Of a stretch of 60,861 bases of DNA, positions 40,405-50,287 are shown one piece after another; position 1 is the first letter of the stretch; every line of letters starts with the position of its first letter. A program made the position numbers and the translations under genes. Under the pieces are notes generated by a model. The model was given only the letters and a program-made list of their open reading frames with translations, was not told the origin of the DNA and did not search any database. The DNA lies in the IMG/VR virus record IMGVR_UViG_3300042881_004014, one strand, 5' to 3'. The DNA comes from an uncultured virus (IMG/VR IMGVR_UViG_3300042881_004014) (lineage: Duplodnaviria > Heunggongvirae > Uroviricota > Caudoviricetes).

Positions 40405-40779
40405 TTATTTTGTAATTAAACTCACTTTAATATCTTCAAGTAAGTCCAATTGGTTACGAAATACATCCTTTTCGAATGCCTCTCTATCAATATCCATAGA
40501 TTCCTGTACCCTATTTATTAGAATAGTACTAAAATTGGATGAAATTGAACGTTCGAAGGAGAATTTATGGTTAGTAATAGCTATGTAAAAATCATTAATA
40601 ACTATATAGTATTCCATACGTCTGTTACTAACATAGTACTTACCAAAGCCAGGTGACATCATAAAATCGGTATCTTCTTGCTCACACATTAGGTTTACAA
40701 TATCCGAAAGTAATTGTTCGGTTTCACCTAATTTATAAGGTGGTTTAATAATATTTTTTATTTTGGTTATAATATTCAT
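40405..40779 (-). CDS. Hypothetical protein
   Basis: 124-aa ORF. Confidence 0.65.
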   Translation of the reverse strand: MNIITKIKNIIKPPYKLGETEQLLSDIVNLMCEQEDTDFMMSPGFGKYYVSNRRMEYYIVINDFYIAITNHKFSFERSISSNFSTILINRVQESMDIDREAFEKDVFRNQLDLLEDIKVSLITK

Positions 40780-40791
40780 AGGGATTTTGGT

Positions 40792-41049
40792 TTAAATGTA
40801 ACAATTTACATTGGTTAATGCTAATAATTTAATGACTCTAAGGTTATCCATATCAGCCCTACTAACTGCCTCAACCAATTTGTTATCACAAACTGCTTCA
40901 ACAAATCCTCCACCACTCATAACACCATCTCTATGCATCATAATGGAAACCATTATATCCACATTGTGGTTTGAAACCTCAACTTGCCAGTCTTTAGCGA
41001 ACTGAATAGCTGCATTTTTGTACTTTTCTCTTAATTCTAAATAATCCAT
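40792..41049 (-). CDS. Hypothetical protein
   Basis: 85-aa ORF with promoter and leader motif. Confidence 0.65.
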   Translation of the reverse strand: MDYLELREKYKNAAIQFAKDWQVEVSNHNVDIMVSIMMHRDGVMSGGGFVEAVCDNKLVEAVSRADMDNLRVIKLLALTNVNCYI

Positions 41050-41135
41050 TTTTTTACGTTTTAGGGGTTTAATTATTAATTCTCAATCTTTATATTCAAA
41101 TATACGAAATCTTCCTGATATAACCAAGCTTTTGG

Positions 41136-41927
41136 TTAATTATTTTCATACACACTAAATGGTGAATTCATTGGGATAATGAACTTATTGTTGGAAGTGT
41201 CAATTTTGTTTCTAACTTTTTTGAATTTCAATCCAACTATAACGTTTTGCTCATCCAAATATCTCATATCATATGCATCACCATCAATTACATCATATCC
41301 ACTCCATTTAGTTGGTAATTGTTTACCTTCAAATACCATAGCTACCCTACCTTTACCTTCCCTTAGTAGATTTACACAATCAATCATATTATACCCTGAA
41401 AATGAGTAGGTTAAATCGTAATTAGAGTACTTTTCTAGCAATCTAAATCGTTTTGATACCTTTGTGTAATCATAGAAAGAAACATCAGGAAACCACTCCA
41501 AAATGTTCTTATTATCCAATTTAAAGGTAGTTGGGTCTAAATCTGAGGTTCCATTCAATCTAACTGAGAATCGTAATCCACTACGTTCAGCTTTCTCTTT
41601 TTCTTTACCAATTTCATAGATTAACCAACCCATAAAAAATTCCCTGTCCTCAAAGAATAGTTTTGTTTTTTTGATGCGGGCCTGATTAATTTGGTTCTTA
41701 TGGATATCGATTTTATTCCTACCAGACTCATTCAAACAAGCAGCGGTACATTCATCCGTTCTCATTGGACAAACCTCATATCCACTTGACTTAGCGGGTG
41801 CTAAGTATATAATGTAGGTTGATTCATTATACTTTAATCCTTTAGCCATCTTAGAAGATGAATTAACACTACCAAGATAACTTAATCCGGTTAGTTTCTT
41901 TGCTTGAGATAAATTTTGAAATTTCAT
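41136..41927 (-). CDS. Conserved phage protein (GP88-like; CP...C...CL, RLNGTSD, FYDYTK)
   Basis: Cys cluster and motifs as listed. Confidence 0.65.
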   Translation of the reverse strand: MKFQNLSQAKKLTGLSYLGSVNSSSKMAKGLKYNESTYIIYLAPAKSSGYEVCPMRTDECTAACLNESGRNKIDIHKNQINQARIKKTKLFFEDREFFMGWLIYEIGKEKEKAERSGLRFSVRLNGTSDLDPTTFKLDNKNILEWFPDVSFYDYTKVSKRFRLLEKYSNYDLTYSFSGYNMIDCVNLLREGKGRVAMVFEGKQLPTKWSGYDVIDGDAYDMRYLDEQNVIVGLKFKKVRNKIDTSNNKFIIPMNSPFSVYENN

Positions 41928-41955
41928 TTACTATTAATTTTAGGGGTTTAATTGA

Positions 41956-42171
41956 TTATCTATATAATGTTACAATACTACCGAAGTAACTATCAAATAC
42001 CTCAAGTAGGTTTTCATAATCACCACTCCTCATTTCAGAACAAATTTCTTCAGAATTCATTCCTAATTGTTTTGCCAGATTTGATGCGGTTCCCAATAAG
42101 TAAAAAGCGTTACCCTGTGGACCGGTTAAATCAATTGTAATTCCTGTTTGTTTTGGTTTTTCTAAAATCAT
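41956..42171 (-). CDS. Conserved small phage protein
   Basis: GPQGNAFYLLG...GDYENLL. Confidence 0.7.
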   Translation of the reverse strand: MILEKPKQTGITIDLTGPQGNAFYLLGTASNLAKQLGMNSEEICSEMRSGDYENLLEVFDSYFGSIVTLYR

Positions 42172-42191
42172 AACTTTATTTTTTTTAATTA

Positions 42192-42536
42192 TTAAATACC
42201 TTGCTCTCTGCGTAAATCATACTCTTCCTTTTCAGCTTCCGAATACTCAACAACCTTTAAGTAAGGTTGAAAATCAGTTTCGTAATAACCTCGAAATCCA
42301 GCGAAGAATAACATCTCATCGATGAACAATTTTCGAACGTAAGTCATATCGGATGAACCAAATCCCTGGTCTTCCGGCCAATCGGAATATTCATTGGCAA
42401 CTATCTCCAATGAATTAAAAACAGCATCAGCATAAGTGAATCCGTTTTTAGAAGGGAATCCTTTTCTGATAACATCGTAACCTTCTACTAATGAAGAGGT
42501 TTCGTGAACAAAAGCTAAATTAAATGGTAAACTCAT
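42192..42536 (-). CDS. Hypothetical early protein
   Basis: 114-aa ORF with promoter and leader motif. Confidence 0.65.
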   Translation of the reverse strand: MSLPFNLAFVHETSSLVEGYDVIRKGFPSKNGFTYADAVFNSLEIVANEYSDWPEDQGFGSSDMTYVRKLFIDEMLFFAGFRGYYETDFQPYLKVVEYSEAEKEEYDLRREQGI

Positions 42537-42664
42537 ATTTTTAGGGTTTTAAGGTTTTAAGTATCTCTCAATCTTTATACTCAAATATAGGAAATTAATT
42601 TGGATTGCACAAGCCTTTTGCCAATTATTTTCAAAAAAAGTTATTAACATTTTGGCATAAAAAA

Positions 42665-42689
42665 TAACTCATTGAAAATCAATGAGTTA
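42665..42689. repeat. Perfect 11-bp inverted repeat TAACTCATTGA-AAA-TCAATGAGTTA
   Basis: Seen directly; degenerate copies at about 10701, 28097 and 28882. Confidence 0.7.
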
Positions 42690-42860
42690 TAAATTACTTA
42701 TAATTTGTCTTACTTAGATTTTGATTTAGTTTGGTCCTCAATTACCAAAGAATCATACTCTTGTTGGAGTTTCTGAATCTCAGCTTTGTTAGCCTTTTTA
42801 TCCTTGCTTAACTTTAATTTTAGTATTTTTTCAGTAATTTCTTGATTGCGTTCCATAGGT

Positions 42861-43439
42861 TTAAATATAATTTTCTGGATTAAGTTTCATATCTTCAATA
42901 ACATCAATATGAGATTGTTTATGCATTTCTAAAATATCATGCATCTCATCATATAACTTTTGTCTAGCTTCCTCACCAGCCTCTTCATCATCTCCCCAAA
43001 AAACATCAGTATCATATTCATCGATATCTACAAATTCAGTATCATCATATTCCTCTGATGTGTAATATACTCCAGCAAAGTTATAACCTTCATCTTCAAA
43101 TGTGTTGTGAACAATTACATCTGATTTAATTTTTCTTAGATTATCTGCAAATCTTTCAATCCAACCATTAATCGGGTCCCATGCTGATGTAACTCTAACA
43201 ACGGGTTCGTCTGGTGAATCATCTTCAATAGAACCATATAACCATTTAGCACCAGTATTATCACAATACCAATTCCTATCATATTCCAATGGTGTATCAT
43301 CTCCAAATACTCTTTTAGTAAGTGCTTCGGTTTGAACATCCCACTCACCATCTTCGGTTTGAAATACTCTTTTAATTTCTGCAAGAACATCTTCGTTTGA
43401 GTTCTGAATAACAATGTAATTTTCTATATTATTTGCCAT
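42861..43439 (-). CDS. DUF1281/YubB ferredoxin-like fold protein
   Basis: MANNIEN start, NWYCDNTGAKW, SAWDP, EDEG. Confidence 0.55.
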   Translation of the reverse strand: MANNIENYIVIQNSNEDVLAEIKRVFQTEDGEWDVQTEALTKRVFGDDTPLEYDRNWYCDNTGAKWLYGSIEDDSPDEPVVRVTSAWDPINGWIERFADNLRKIKSDVIVHNTFEDEGYNFAGVYYTSEEYDDTEFVDIDEYDTDVFWGDDEEAGEEARQKLYDEMHDILEMHKQSHIDVIEDMKLNPENYI

Positions 43440-43445
43440 AACTTA

Positions 43446-44015
43446 TTATTTATTTAAAAATCCTATTACTTTTTCTTTAATCCCACTTTGTTTGATACCT
43501 TCATTACTTCTAGCAGTTAGTACAAAGTTATCAAGTCCATGTCCTTGATTGTATTCCGGACTCATATTAAGGTCATCTATTGCAACCCATGTTTCAATTT
43601 CAGAATTTAATTCCAAATACTTTTCAATCTCCAATATTCTTTTTTTACTATACCAACCCTTCCAACTGAAAAGTGCATCGGATTCTGAATCCCAATCACC
43701 TAAATTTGGTGTGAATGCTAACGGTCTTTTACTAATACCTTGCTCAATATAGTAATCACCCAACTCTTCTAATGTAGCATGTAATTTCCAATCCGAACTA
43801 ACAATTATTTCAGCACCAGTTTCCTCAAGTACTTCATTCAATACCTTAATAGCTTTTTCATCGAAATTATCCAACCTTACATTCACCGGGGCTTCTTTTT
43901 GAATTAAAGATGAGTTTGGATTATCCGAACGATACTTACTCCATTTCTTACTTCTACCTCCCCAATTGTTAGAGAGGCAAATTACACCATCATTATCTAA
44001 AAATATAACTTTCAT
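43446..44015 (-). CDS. HAD-domain protein (RNA-repair-associated 'Swiss Army Knife' type)
   Basis: FLDNDGV, VSSDW, R..EI, AIDD. Confidence 0.75.
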   Translation of the reverse strand: MKVIFLDNDGVICLSNNWGGRSKKWSKYRSDNPNSSLIQKEAPVNVRLDNFDEKAIKVLNEVLEETGAEIIVSSDWKLHATLEELGDYYIEQGISKRPLAFTPNLGDWDSESDALFSWKGWYSKKRILEIEKYLELNSEIETWVAIDDLNMSPEYNQGHGLDNFVLTARSNEGIKQSGIKEKVIGFLNK

Positions 44016-44500
44016 TATTTCATTTTTTTAATACTATCCAACAATTCGGGATATTCCAATAGTAATTTTGGATTATTTTTCAAAGTTTGAATTGTAATAT
44101 CATTCTTTAACTTAGTAGTACTCCAACCATGTGCTCTTGATGTGAATATAACTTTAGGTGTTAAGTTATCACCGGTAAATCGTTTACCAATATAATCCTC
44201 ACCCAATATTCTAACATCAGGTTTAAAAAACTCAATTAATTGTATAAGCTCTTCTTCAGTTTGATAAGTATAAACCGCATCAACTGATTCTAATTCCATT
44301 AAAGTATTATATCTTTCAGCACGAGGTACAACGGGTGTATATTTATTAGCCCTATCAATAGATGGGTCATTTTGTAGAAACACCATAAAGTAATCACAAT
44401 GCTTTTTTGCAGTTTGAAAGGTGTAAACGTAACCTGGATGAATGATATCGAAGTTACCTGCGGTAAATCCTACTATCTTTTGTTCTCCGTTTATAATCAT
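44015..44500 (-). CDS. Cytidylyltransferase-like (TagD/RfaE-domain) protein
   Basis: GNFDIIHPGY, ER, GEDY, WSTT. Confidence 0.8.
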   Translation of the reverse strand: MIINGEQKIVGFTAGNFDIIHPGYVYTFQTAKKHCDYFMVFLQNDPSIDRANKYTPVVPRAERYNTLMELESVDAVYTYQTEEELIQLIEFFKPDVRILGEDYIGKRFTGDNLTPKVIFTSRAHGWSTTKLKNDITIQTLKNNPKLLLEYPELLDSIKKMK

Positions 44501-44796
44501 TTTATTCTTTGTTTATAATCTCCCACTTAAAAGGAGGTCTATTTCTTTGATACTCACGCATTGACCAATCAATATCATCAGTTTTTAATGTTATTAATTC
44601 TGGTTGTGGGTTGTTATAATCCAACCAAGTGATTTTAATAATGTAATTCATACTTTAAAATTTACCCCATTGGGATTTATGTCTATTTTCTTCAGCTATC
44701 TTAAAACCCAACCAAATATCCTTAAAGAATGATTTGATATTATTAATTATTTTGTTCATATTACAAATATACTAATTATTTTTTAATTATCCAAAT

Positions 44797-45141
44797 TTAT
44801 TTCCAAAATATCTGTATTCCTATTAATATTGCTGCTAAAATCAATGATATACCTGTTTTTGCATTAATACCCTCATTCATAAATATAAATGTGAGAATAG
44901 CAAACGTAATCATCCCACCAGCTTGCCCTATAAATCTTCCCGGCCATAATTGCCCATCAAAGTGTTCAGCAACCAAAGAAGTTCCTTTAATAAAAATGTA
45001 AGATATTAAGGTCCCACCCATTAGAGATATTAAGAATGGATTACGTTTGAACCAAGGCCAAACGAATTGCCCATTGGTTTGTATCCAAATTATACATTGG
45101 GCTATTGTAAATAATATAACTCCCCAAATTAGGTTTTTCAT
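44797..45141 (-). CDS. Four-TM small membrane protein
   Basis: Four hydrophobic helices. Confidence 0.65.
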   Translation of the reverse strand: MKNLIWGVILFTIAQCIIWIQTNGQFVWPWFKRNPFLISLMGGTLISYIFIKGTSLVAEHFDGQLWPGRFIGQAGGMITFAILTFIFMNEGINAKTGISLILAAILIGIQIFWK

Positions 45142-45150
45142 ACAATCATT

Positions 45151-45462
45151 TTATTTATGAGATGAAAACCCTTTTATGGTACGGCCATCTTTTTCCAATT
45201 TAGTTTCGATATCTTCTAATCGTTTATCAAAATCATCCAAAGATGTATTGATATTATTTAGTGCGGAATTTATATCTGTAAATCCTTTATTAACATCATC
45301 TACTATTGTATAATCATTTTCTTCTAATTCTTCCAATTTTCCACCATTGACTGGTATTTTGGGTTTAGATGTTCTAACAATTAAAATGGTTAACATTACT
45401 ATTGGTGCAAATATTAATAATACTATAAATATTGCTACGATTGTATTGAATATTTCTATCAT
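45151..45462 (-). CDS. Membrane-anchored coiled-coil protein
   Basis: N-terminal TM plus heptad repeats. Confidence 0.65.
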   Translation of the reverse strand: MIEIFNTIVAIFIVLLIFAPIVMLTILIVRTSKPKIPVNGGKLEELEENDYTIVDDVNKGFTDINSALNNINTSLDDFDKRLEDIETKLEKDGRTIKGFSSHK

Positions 45463-45466
45463 GCTT

Positions 45467-46078
45467 TTAAGTTATAAATTCAGTATCTTTCTTTAAGTCA
45501 ACATAGACTCCTTTATAAATACCTTCATTAAATTTATTAATAACCTTTTCAACCAACATTGTTGGAGTACCTGTTATTTGGTACAATCCATCCATTAGTT
45601 TAATGACATCTCTAGTTGAATCTATTGGATTAATTGGTGTAATTGTTTCTACTTCCAGTACACCATCTATATATTTTTGAAATTTTAAATAATTTTTAAT
45701 TATTAACATATTATCACTGTTAATTTCAACAACTACACCCTTTGATAAATCTCTGAATGTGTTCCATAAATACCAATTAACACATTTTAAATCAACTAAT
45801 ATTCTATTCTTAAATGCCAATCTATATCCATCATCTAAAATTTCTTTCAATTTAGGTAAATCGGGACTATCAGATACCAAACAAACATCAGCATCCCAAG
45901 TTTTAGGATTTGATGGGTTGTTTAAATACTCAGCAAATCCACCAGCTAAATAAACTTCATATTCAGATAAATCATGCAGCTCTGATAGTTCTTTGTACCA
46001 CATAGTTAATGTGTACAACTCAGGTCTACCCCACACAAGGGTAGTTGTTAAATTATCAAATCTACAAAAAAAATCCAT
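45467..46078 (-). CDS. Putative pol-beta-family nucleotidyltransferase
   Basis: YLAGGFA...TWDADV...VD. Confidence 0.5.
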   Translation of the reverse strand: MDFFCRFDNLTTTLVWGRPELYTLTMWYKELSELHDLSEYEVYLAGGFAEYLNNPSNPKTWDADVCLVSDSPDLPKLKEILDDGYRLAFKNRILVDLKCVNWYLWNTFRDLSKGVVVEINSDNMLIIKNYLKFQKYIDGVLEVETITPINPIDSTRDVIKLMDGLYQITGTPTMLVEKVINKFNEGIYKGVYVDLKKDTEFIT

Positions 46079-46228
46079 TATCTATTTTTAATACCTTTGT
46101 TTTTACCGGCAATTATAGATTCTAATTTATCAGTTAGTTTTTCAATAGTATCTGAATTTCCTTGATTACCTTTCAGTTTCTCAGTTTTAATTGTATTGGT
46201 AAGTAAATTAATCACTTCCTCTTTTTTC

Positions 46229-46534
46229 TTATCGTTCATACAGTTTGTTTAAATATTCAAATACTTTTTCTGAAAATAATGTATTGTACACATCACTTCC
46301 TATTTCAGATGCTTCAACTATGATACCTGATTTTGCATAATTCAATGCATATGCGATATCGTATTGTGAATATATTGGTTTTGCTCTATCAAGCTCTTCA
46401 TTAATCATATTGATAAAATCATCTGATTTTAACCACTCATCATACTCAGCATCTCTTAAATCAGCATTGTAAATATATCCTTCCAATTCTTCCTCTGGAA
46501 TACTATTAATCATAAATTCTTTTGTTCTACCCAT
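46229..46534 (-). CDS. Hypothetical protein
   Basis: 101-aa ORF. Confidence 0.6.
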   Translation of the reverse strand: MGRTKEFMINSIPEEELEGYIYNADLRDAEYDEWLKSDDFINMINEELDRAKPIYSQYDIAYALNYAKSGIIVEASEIGSDVYNTLFSEKVFEYLNKLYER

Positions 46535-46572
46535 TTTTATTAATTGTTATGTTATACTCTAATATACAAATT

Positions 46573-47310
46573 TTATACTTTTTCGTTTGTTGGTTTTAAC
46601 CACATACCATCTTTAAATATTAGGTTTAAAAAACCAGGGATGATTTCATCTACATCCATAAGTAATCTAAGACTTTTTGGTGTATCATATTTCATCATCT
46701 TCATTAACTCTTCTCTAATTCTTTCACCACTAACAGTTTGTTCTAATTTCTTTAGGATGTTAGGTTGTTTCATTGCTTCCCAAATATCATCACTCATAAC
46801 AAAATCCTTTGTGATTGTAAATCTTAATGCTCTTAGAATTCTCAAAGGGTCATCCATCATAGTTTGTTTAGCTGGTAATGGAGTTCTTAATAAACCTATT
46901 TTTAAATCATCAATTCCACCAAATATATCTATAAGGTTTCCATCAATATCCTCAGCCATAGCGTTTAATGTAAAATCTCTTCTAAGTAAATCATCTTCCA
47001 ATGTTCCCAATTCTAAGATTGGTCTACGAGTTCCCTCAACATATCCAACTTCCTTTCTTGCCATTACGAAATCAGCAACCATCCCAGAGTATTTATGTTC
47101 TTTTGGGAACTTAGCTCTGATAGTAAAACACTCAGGTGTACTTAGGAATATTTCAAAATCATTTACAGTCATCCAATCTGTCATTATTTGAAATCCACTC
47201 TCTACAGTCCAATCTAAGTTGTCCAAAACAAATGTGAAGTCAATATCTTTTGTATCAACCCCTAACAACCTATCTCTAACACAACCCCCTACTTTGAATA
47301 TCTTTGGCAT
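46573..47310 (-). CDS. cca: tRNA nucleotidyltransferase (class II CCA-adding/poly(A) polymerase family)
   Basis: VGGCVRD, DIDF, ARKE, DLLRRDFTLNAMA, DDPLRILRALRF, SGERIREEL. Confidence 0.88.
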   Translation of the reverse strand: MPKIFKVGGCVRDRLLGVDTKDIDFTFVLDNLDWTVESGFQIMTDWMTVNDFEIFLSTPECFTIRAKFPKEHKYSGMVADFVMARKEVGYVEGTRRPILELGTLEDDLLRRDFTLNAMAEDIDGNLIDIFGGIDDLKIGLLRTPLPAKQTMMDDPLRILRALRFTITKDFVMSDDIWEAMKQPNILKKLEQTVSGERIREELMKMMKYDTPKSLRLLMDVDEIIPGFLNLIFKDGMWLKPTNEKV

Positions 47311-47410
47311 AACCTATCTTTTTTATTACATAGTAAATATACAAAATATAATTGATATATCCTAATATTTTAAAAGAAAAAGAGCAACTATTTTAGCTGC
47401 TCTTTATCAA

Positions 47411-48556
47411 TTAGTGAGAATCTCCCACATCATTTTTCTCTCCATAAATAAGGTAGTCAGGGTTTATAACCTTAGCTACTTTATTACGTTCACCTGTATG
47501 GTATTTGATTACAATTCCTTCATGTGGAACCTTAGTACCTTCAATCATATTTTTAAATACGAATTTATCTTGCACCTCTTGCGACCAATTTCCAAAATGT
47601 AATATTTCAACATAAGGTAATTGTAATATATCTTTAATCATCAATTTAGAATTGATAGGACTTAAATACTCACCATTCTCCTTTACATCGAATCCTACAA
47701 ACTCCATTTCTGTCAAACCATAATCATAGTTCTTTTGAATTCCGGCCCCATAGATTTCTCCATAGATTGTGATTCCATCTCCAATTTCTGGTTCCATTGA
47801 ATTACTTTTAACGTATTCCCATAACCTCTTTTTGATTTCATATTTATCCGCAATTTGGTACCAAACATTGGTATCATAGAAACCTTGAGAATCCGAACCC
47901 TTTTCTACATTATGTGAACCAACTACAAATTCATACCCAATCCACTTATCAGCAAACCCAATGAACTTCTTAACCTTATCCCAAAATGATAATTTAAGTT
48001 TCTTAACAATACCATATCTAGCATTAGTACCATGTATCTTACGAGTAATTTCAACGGTATCTTCTTCAGTAAACATTCCATCCACATTTTTTAGGTTTGG
48101 GAATTTATAGTAGATGTGGAAGTTTGGATTGTCTTGGTATCTAATCTTTCTACCTCCGGCTAATTGGATTTGTTTAACTGGTGGTTCGTATTTAGTAATT
48201 CCTAAGAATTCCATACAATCATCACCTTCGCCTAAATCAAAATCACCCATAGTAACTCTACCACGTAGGTATTTCATTGGGATAATTAAACATTCAGAAT
48301 AAACACCTCTTAATTTTACAGTCCTAACTCTATTACCTTTACGAAGATAGTTAGTTACACCCATCTCTTCAGAAAGTTCTTCAGGTATAACCGCATCAGT
48401 TGTAGCAATGATTGTTTCATCACCAATAGTAAACTCTCCCTTCTTAGTGATTGCATTCCAACCACCAGCAACTACCAATTCGATGTTATCAGCACCCTCA
48501 ATTGGATTTACTTCTTTGATTTTTGCTATGTAGCAAACTGAATTTTCGTTTTTCAT
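47411..48556 (-). CDS. RNA ligase, DRB0094/Rnl2 family
   Basis: N-terminal IEGADNIE and LRGVYSECL; KIHGTN; GEIYG.GIQ; FDV; EGIV; K.I. Confidence 0.88.
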   Translation of the reverse strand: MKNENSVCYIAKIKEVNPIEGADNIELVVAGGWNAITKKGEFTIGDETIIATTDAVIPEELSEEMGVTNYLRKGNRVRTVKLRGVYSECLIIPMKYLRGRVTMGDFDLGEGDDCMEFLGITKYEPPVKQIQLAGGRKIRYQDNPNFHIYYKFPNLKNVDGMFTEEDTVEITRKIHGTNARYGIVKKLKLSFWDKVKKFIGFADKWIGYEFVVGSHNVEKGSDSQGFYDTNVWYQIADKYEIKKRLWEYVKSNSMEPEIGDGITIYGEIYGAGIQKNYDYGLTEMEFVGFDVKENGEYLSPINSKLMIKDILQLPYVEILHFGNWSQEVQDKFVFKNMIEGTKVPHEGIVIKYHTGERNKVAKVINPDYLIYGEKNDVGDSH

Positions 48557-48559
48557 TTC

Positions 48560-48973
48560 TTATAATTTTATTTCAAATCTATTTCTCATTCTTTCAACTG
48601 CTTCAGTTGGAACACCATGTTGGTTTACACCACCATGTCTATTCTCAACTACTAATGAGTAAACCTGATATCCATAGGTTTTTGCTAAGGTAAAATATAT
48701 ATCCATCTCCCATTTTTGAGTAAAAGTGTTAGATACTACTATTTTTCTATAAAATTGGTCATTAACTAATGAATCCTTCATATAAGTTTCTACTGTATTT
48801 CTACAAAACTCATGTGCATCTTTTAGTTTAGAACCATCGAAGTTATAGTTACCTTCCTTATCATAAAAATACTTATCAGCTTCACATACTAAGAAATCAC
48901 TTTCTACTATTGAATTTGCTAATGTTGATTTACCACTACCTGGCAATCCTCTTAATAAAAATAATTCTTTCAT
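48560..48973 (-). CDS. P-loop polynucleotide kinase-like (AAA_33) protein
   Basis: RGLPGSGKST, EAD, VSNTF, HGVP. Confidence 0.85.
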   Translation of the reverse strand: MKELFLLRGLPGSGKSTLANSIVESDFLVCEADKYFYDKEGNYNFDGSKLKDAHEFCRNTVETYMKDSLVNDQFYRKIVVSNTFTQKWEMDIYFTLAKTYGYQVYSLVVENRHGGVNQHGVPTEAVERMRNRFEIKL

Positions 48974-48976
48974 AAC

Positions 48977-49639
48977 TTACTTTTTATAGTTTTCTACAAT
49001 TGTATGATGGTCTTTATCTAAAAATCCATCAATAGGTTGTTTATCTAATATTCTAACAATATCACTCATACTAATTGGTGATAAGTTGTTACCATCTACA
49101 CCAACATCCATAACTTTACCTCTACCAACTCTTCGGTTAGGTGGTAAGTGAACGTGTCCATGTAAGTGAGGAACTCCCTTACCTAAACCATCCCAACTTG
49201 CTATTGGGTAGTGCATACACACAAAATGAGTTCCATCATGTTTACCACTACCATCGGGCCATTTGATACTCAAATCTAAATATTGATGAACTGAACTGAA
49301 TATCTCAGCGATACCATCTCTATTGTTAGCTATGTGGTGGTCGTGGTTACCTAATACTAAGTGAATGTTTTGACAAACAATTCGGTTTCTAAATTCAGCG
49401 ATTGAATCAAATCCACCAAAAGACCAGTCACCTAAGTGAATTAAGATATCATCTTGTCCAACTACTGCATTGATATTATTAACTAATACGGCATTCATTT
49501 GGTTCAATGTATCGAAATCTCTGAAATGGTTTGCACCAGCTCTATCCCATTGTGTTGTTCCTTTACAAATGTTAGCATGGTTATAGTGGGTATCACTTGT
49601 GAACCATACTTTTTGTCCTTTATTTAGTAATATCTTCAT
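48977..49639 (-). CDS. Metallophosphoesterase
   Basis: TSDTH, HLGD, GNHD, HYP, HGHVH, DVGVD. Confidence 0.88.
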   Translation of the reverse strand: MKILLNKGQKVWFTSDTHYNHANICKGTTQWDRAGANHFRDFDTLNQMNAVLVNNINAVVGQDDILIHLGDWSFGGFDSIAEFRNRIVCQNIHLVLGNHDHHIANNRDGIAEIFSSVHQYLDLSIKWPDGSGKHDGTHFVCMHYPIASWDGLGKGVPHLHGHVHLPPNRRVGRGKVMDVGVDGNNLSPISMSDIVRILDKQPIDGFLDKDHHTIVENYKK

Positions 49640-49867
49640 AACTATCTATCTTTTAATCGTTTGAATACTGCTTTTATGTTTGGTTCTTCTAATTTAAGTT
49701 TCAAAGATTGCCATTTTGATTCTAAGAAATCATTGTACTCTTTCTCAGTTTTGAAACCCATTCTTTTCCAGTCCATTGTAGTTTTCATATCTCTTAATCT
49801 TATACTCAAATGTAGTAAAAATTATTGACATATACAAGCTTTTTGCCGATTATTTTCAAAAAAGTTA

Positions 49868-50284
49868 CTAACTTCTATACCTTAAATCATTTTGCCTGTA
49901 AACACTTAATACTGAACCCTGTCCATGTGTTATTGCGAACTGATAACCATAATAATCATAGATAGTTGATGGGAAATTCTCAGTTAAACTATCTATTGGT
50001 TCAATTTCAGTTCCATAATTTTGAGCCAATTCCCACATCAAATCCATAATATGTAATGGTTTATCTGAATATGTATTATAATGCCTTTCATCGTACTTAC
50101 TTTGTTTCTCTAAAACATCCAGCATTAAGTAATCAAATGTAGAATCATCACAAACACCATATCTTTGTAATAGTTTATTTGCTCTTTCCAATTGGATTCT
50201 ATCCTTTAAGGCAAGTTTAGTAAAATAATCTACCATTGCCTTTTCACCTTCTGGACTTTTCATATATACCAATACGTCTTTCAT
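49868..50284 (-). CDS. Hypothetical protein
   Basis: 138-aa ORF. Confidence 0.65.
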   Translation of the reverse strand: MKDVLVYMKSPEGEKAMVDYFTKLALKDRIQLERANKLLQRYGVCDDSTFDYLMLDVLEKQSKYDERHYNTYSDKPLHIMDLMWELAQNYGTEIEPIDSLTENFPSTIYDYYGYQFAITHGQGSVLSVYRQNDLRYRS

Positions 50285-50287
50285 AAG

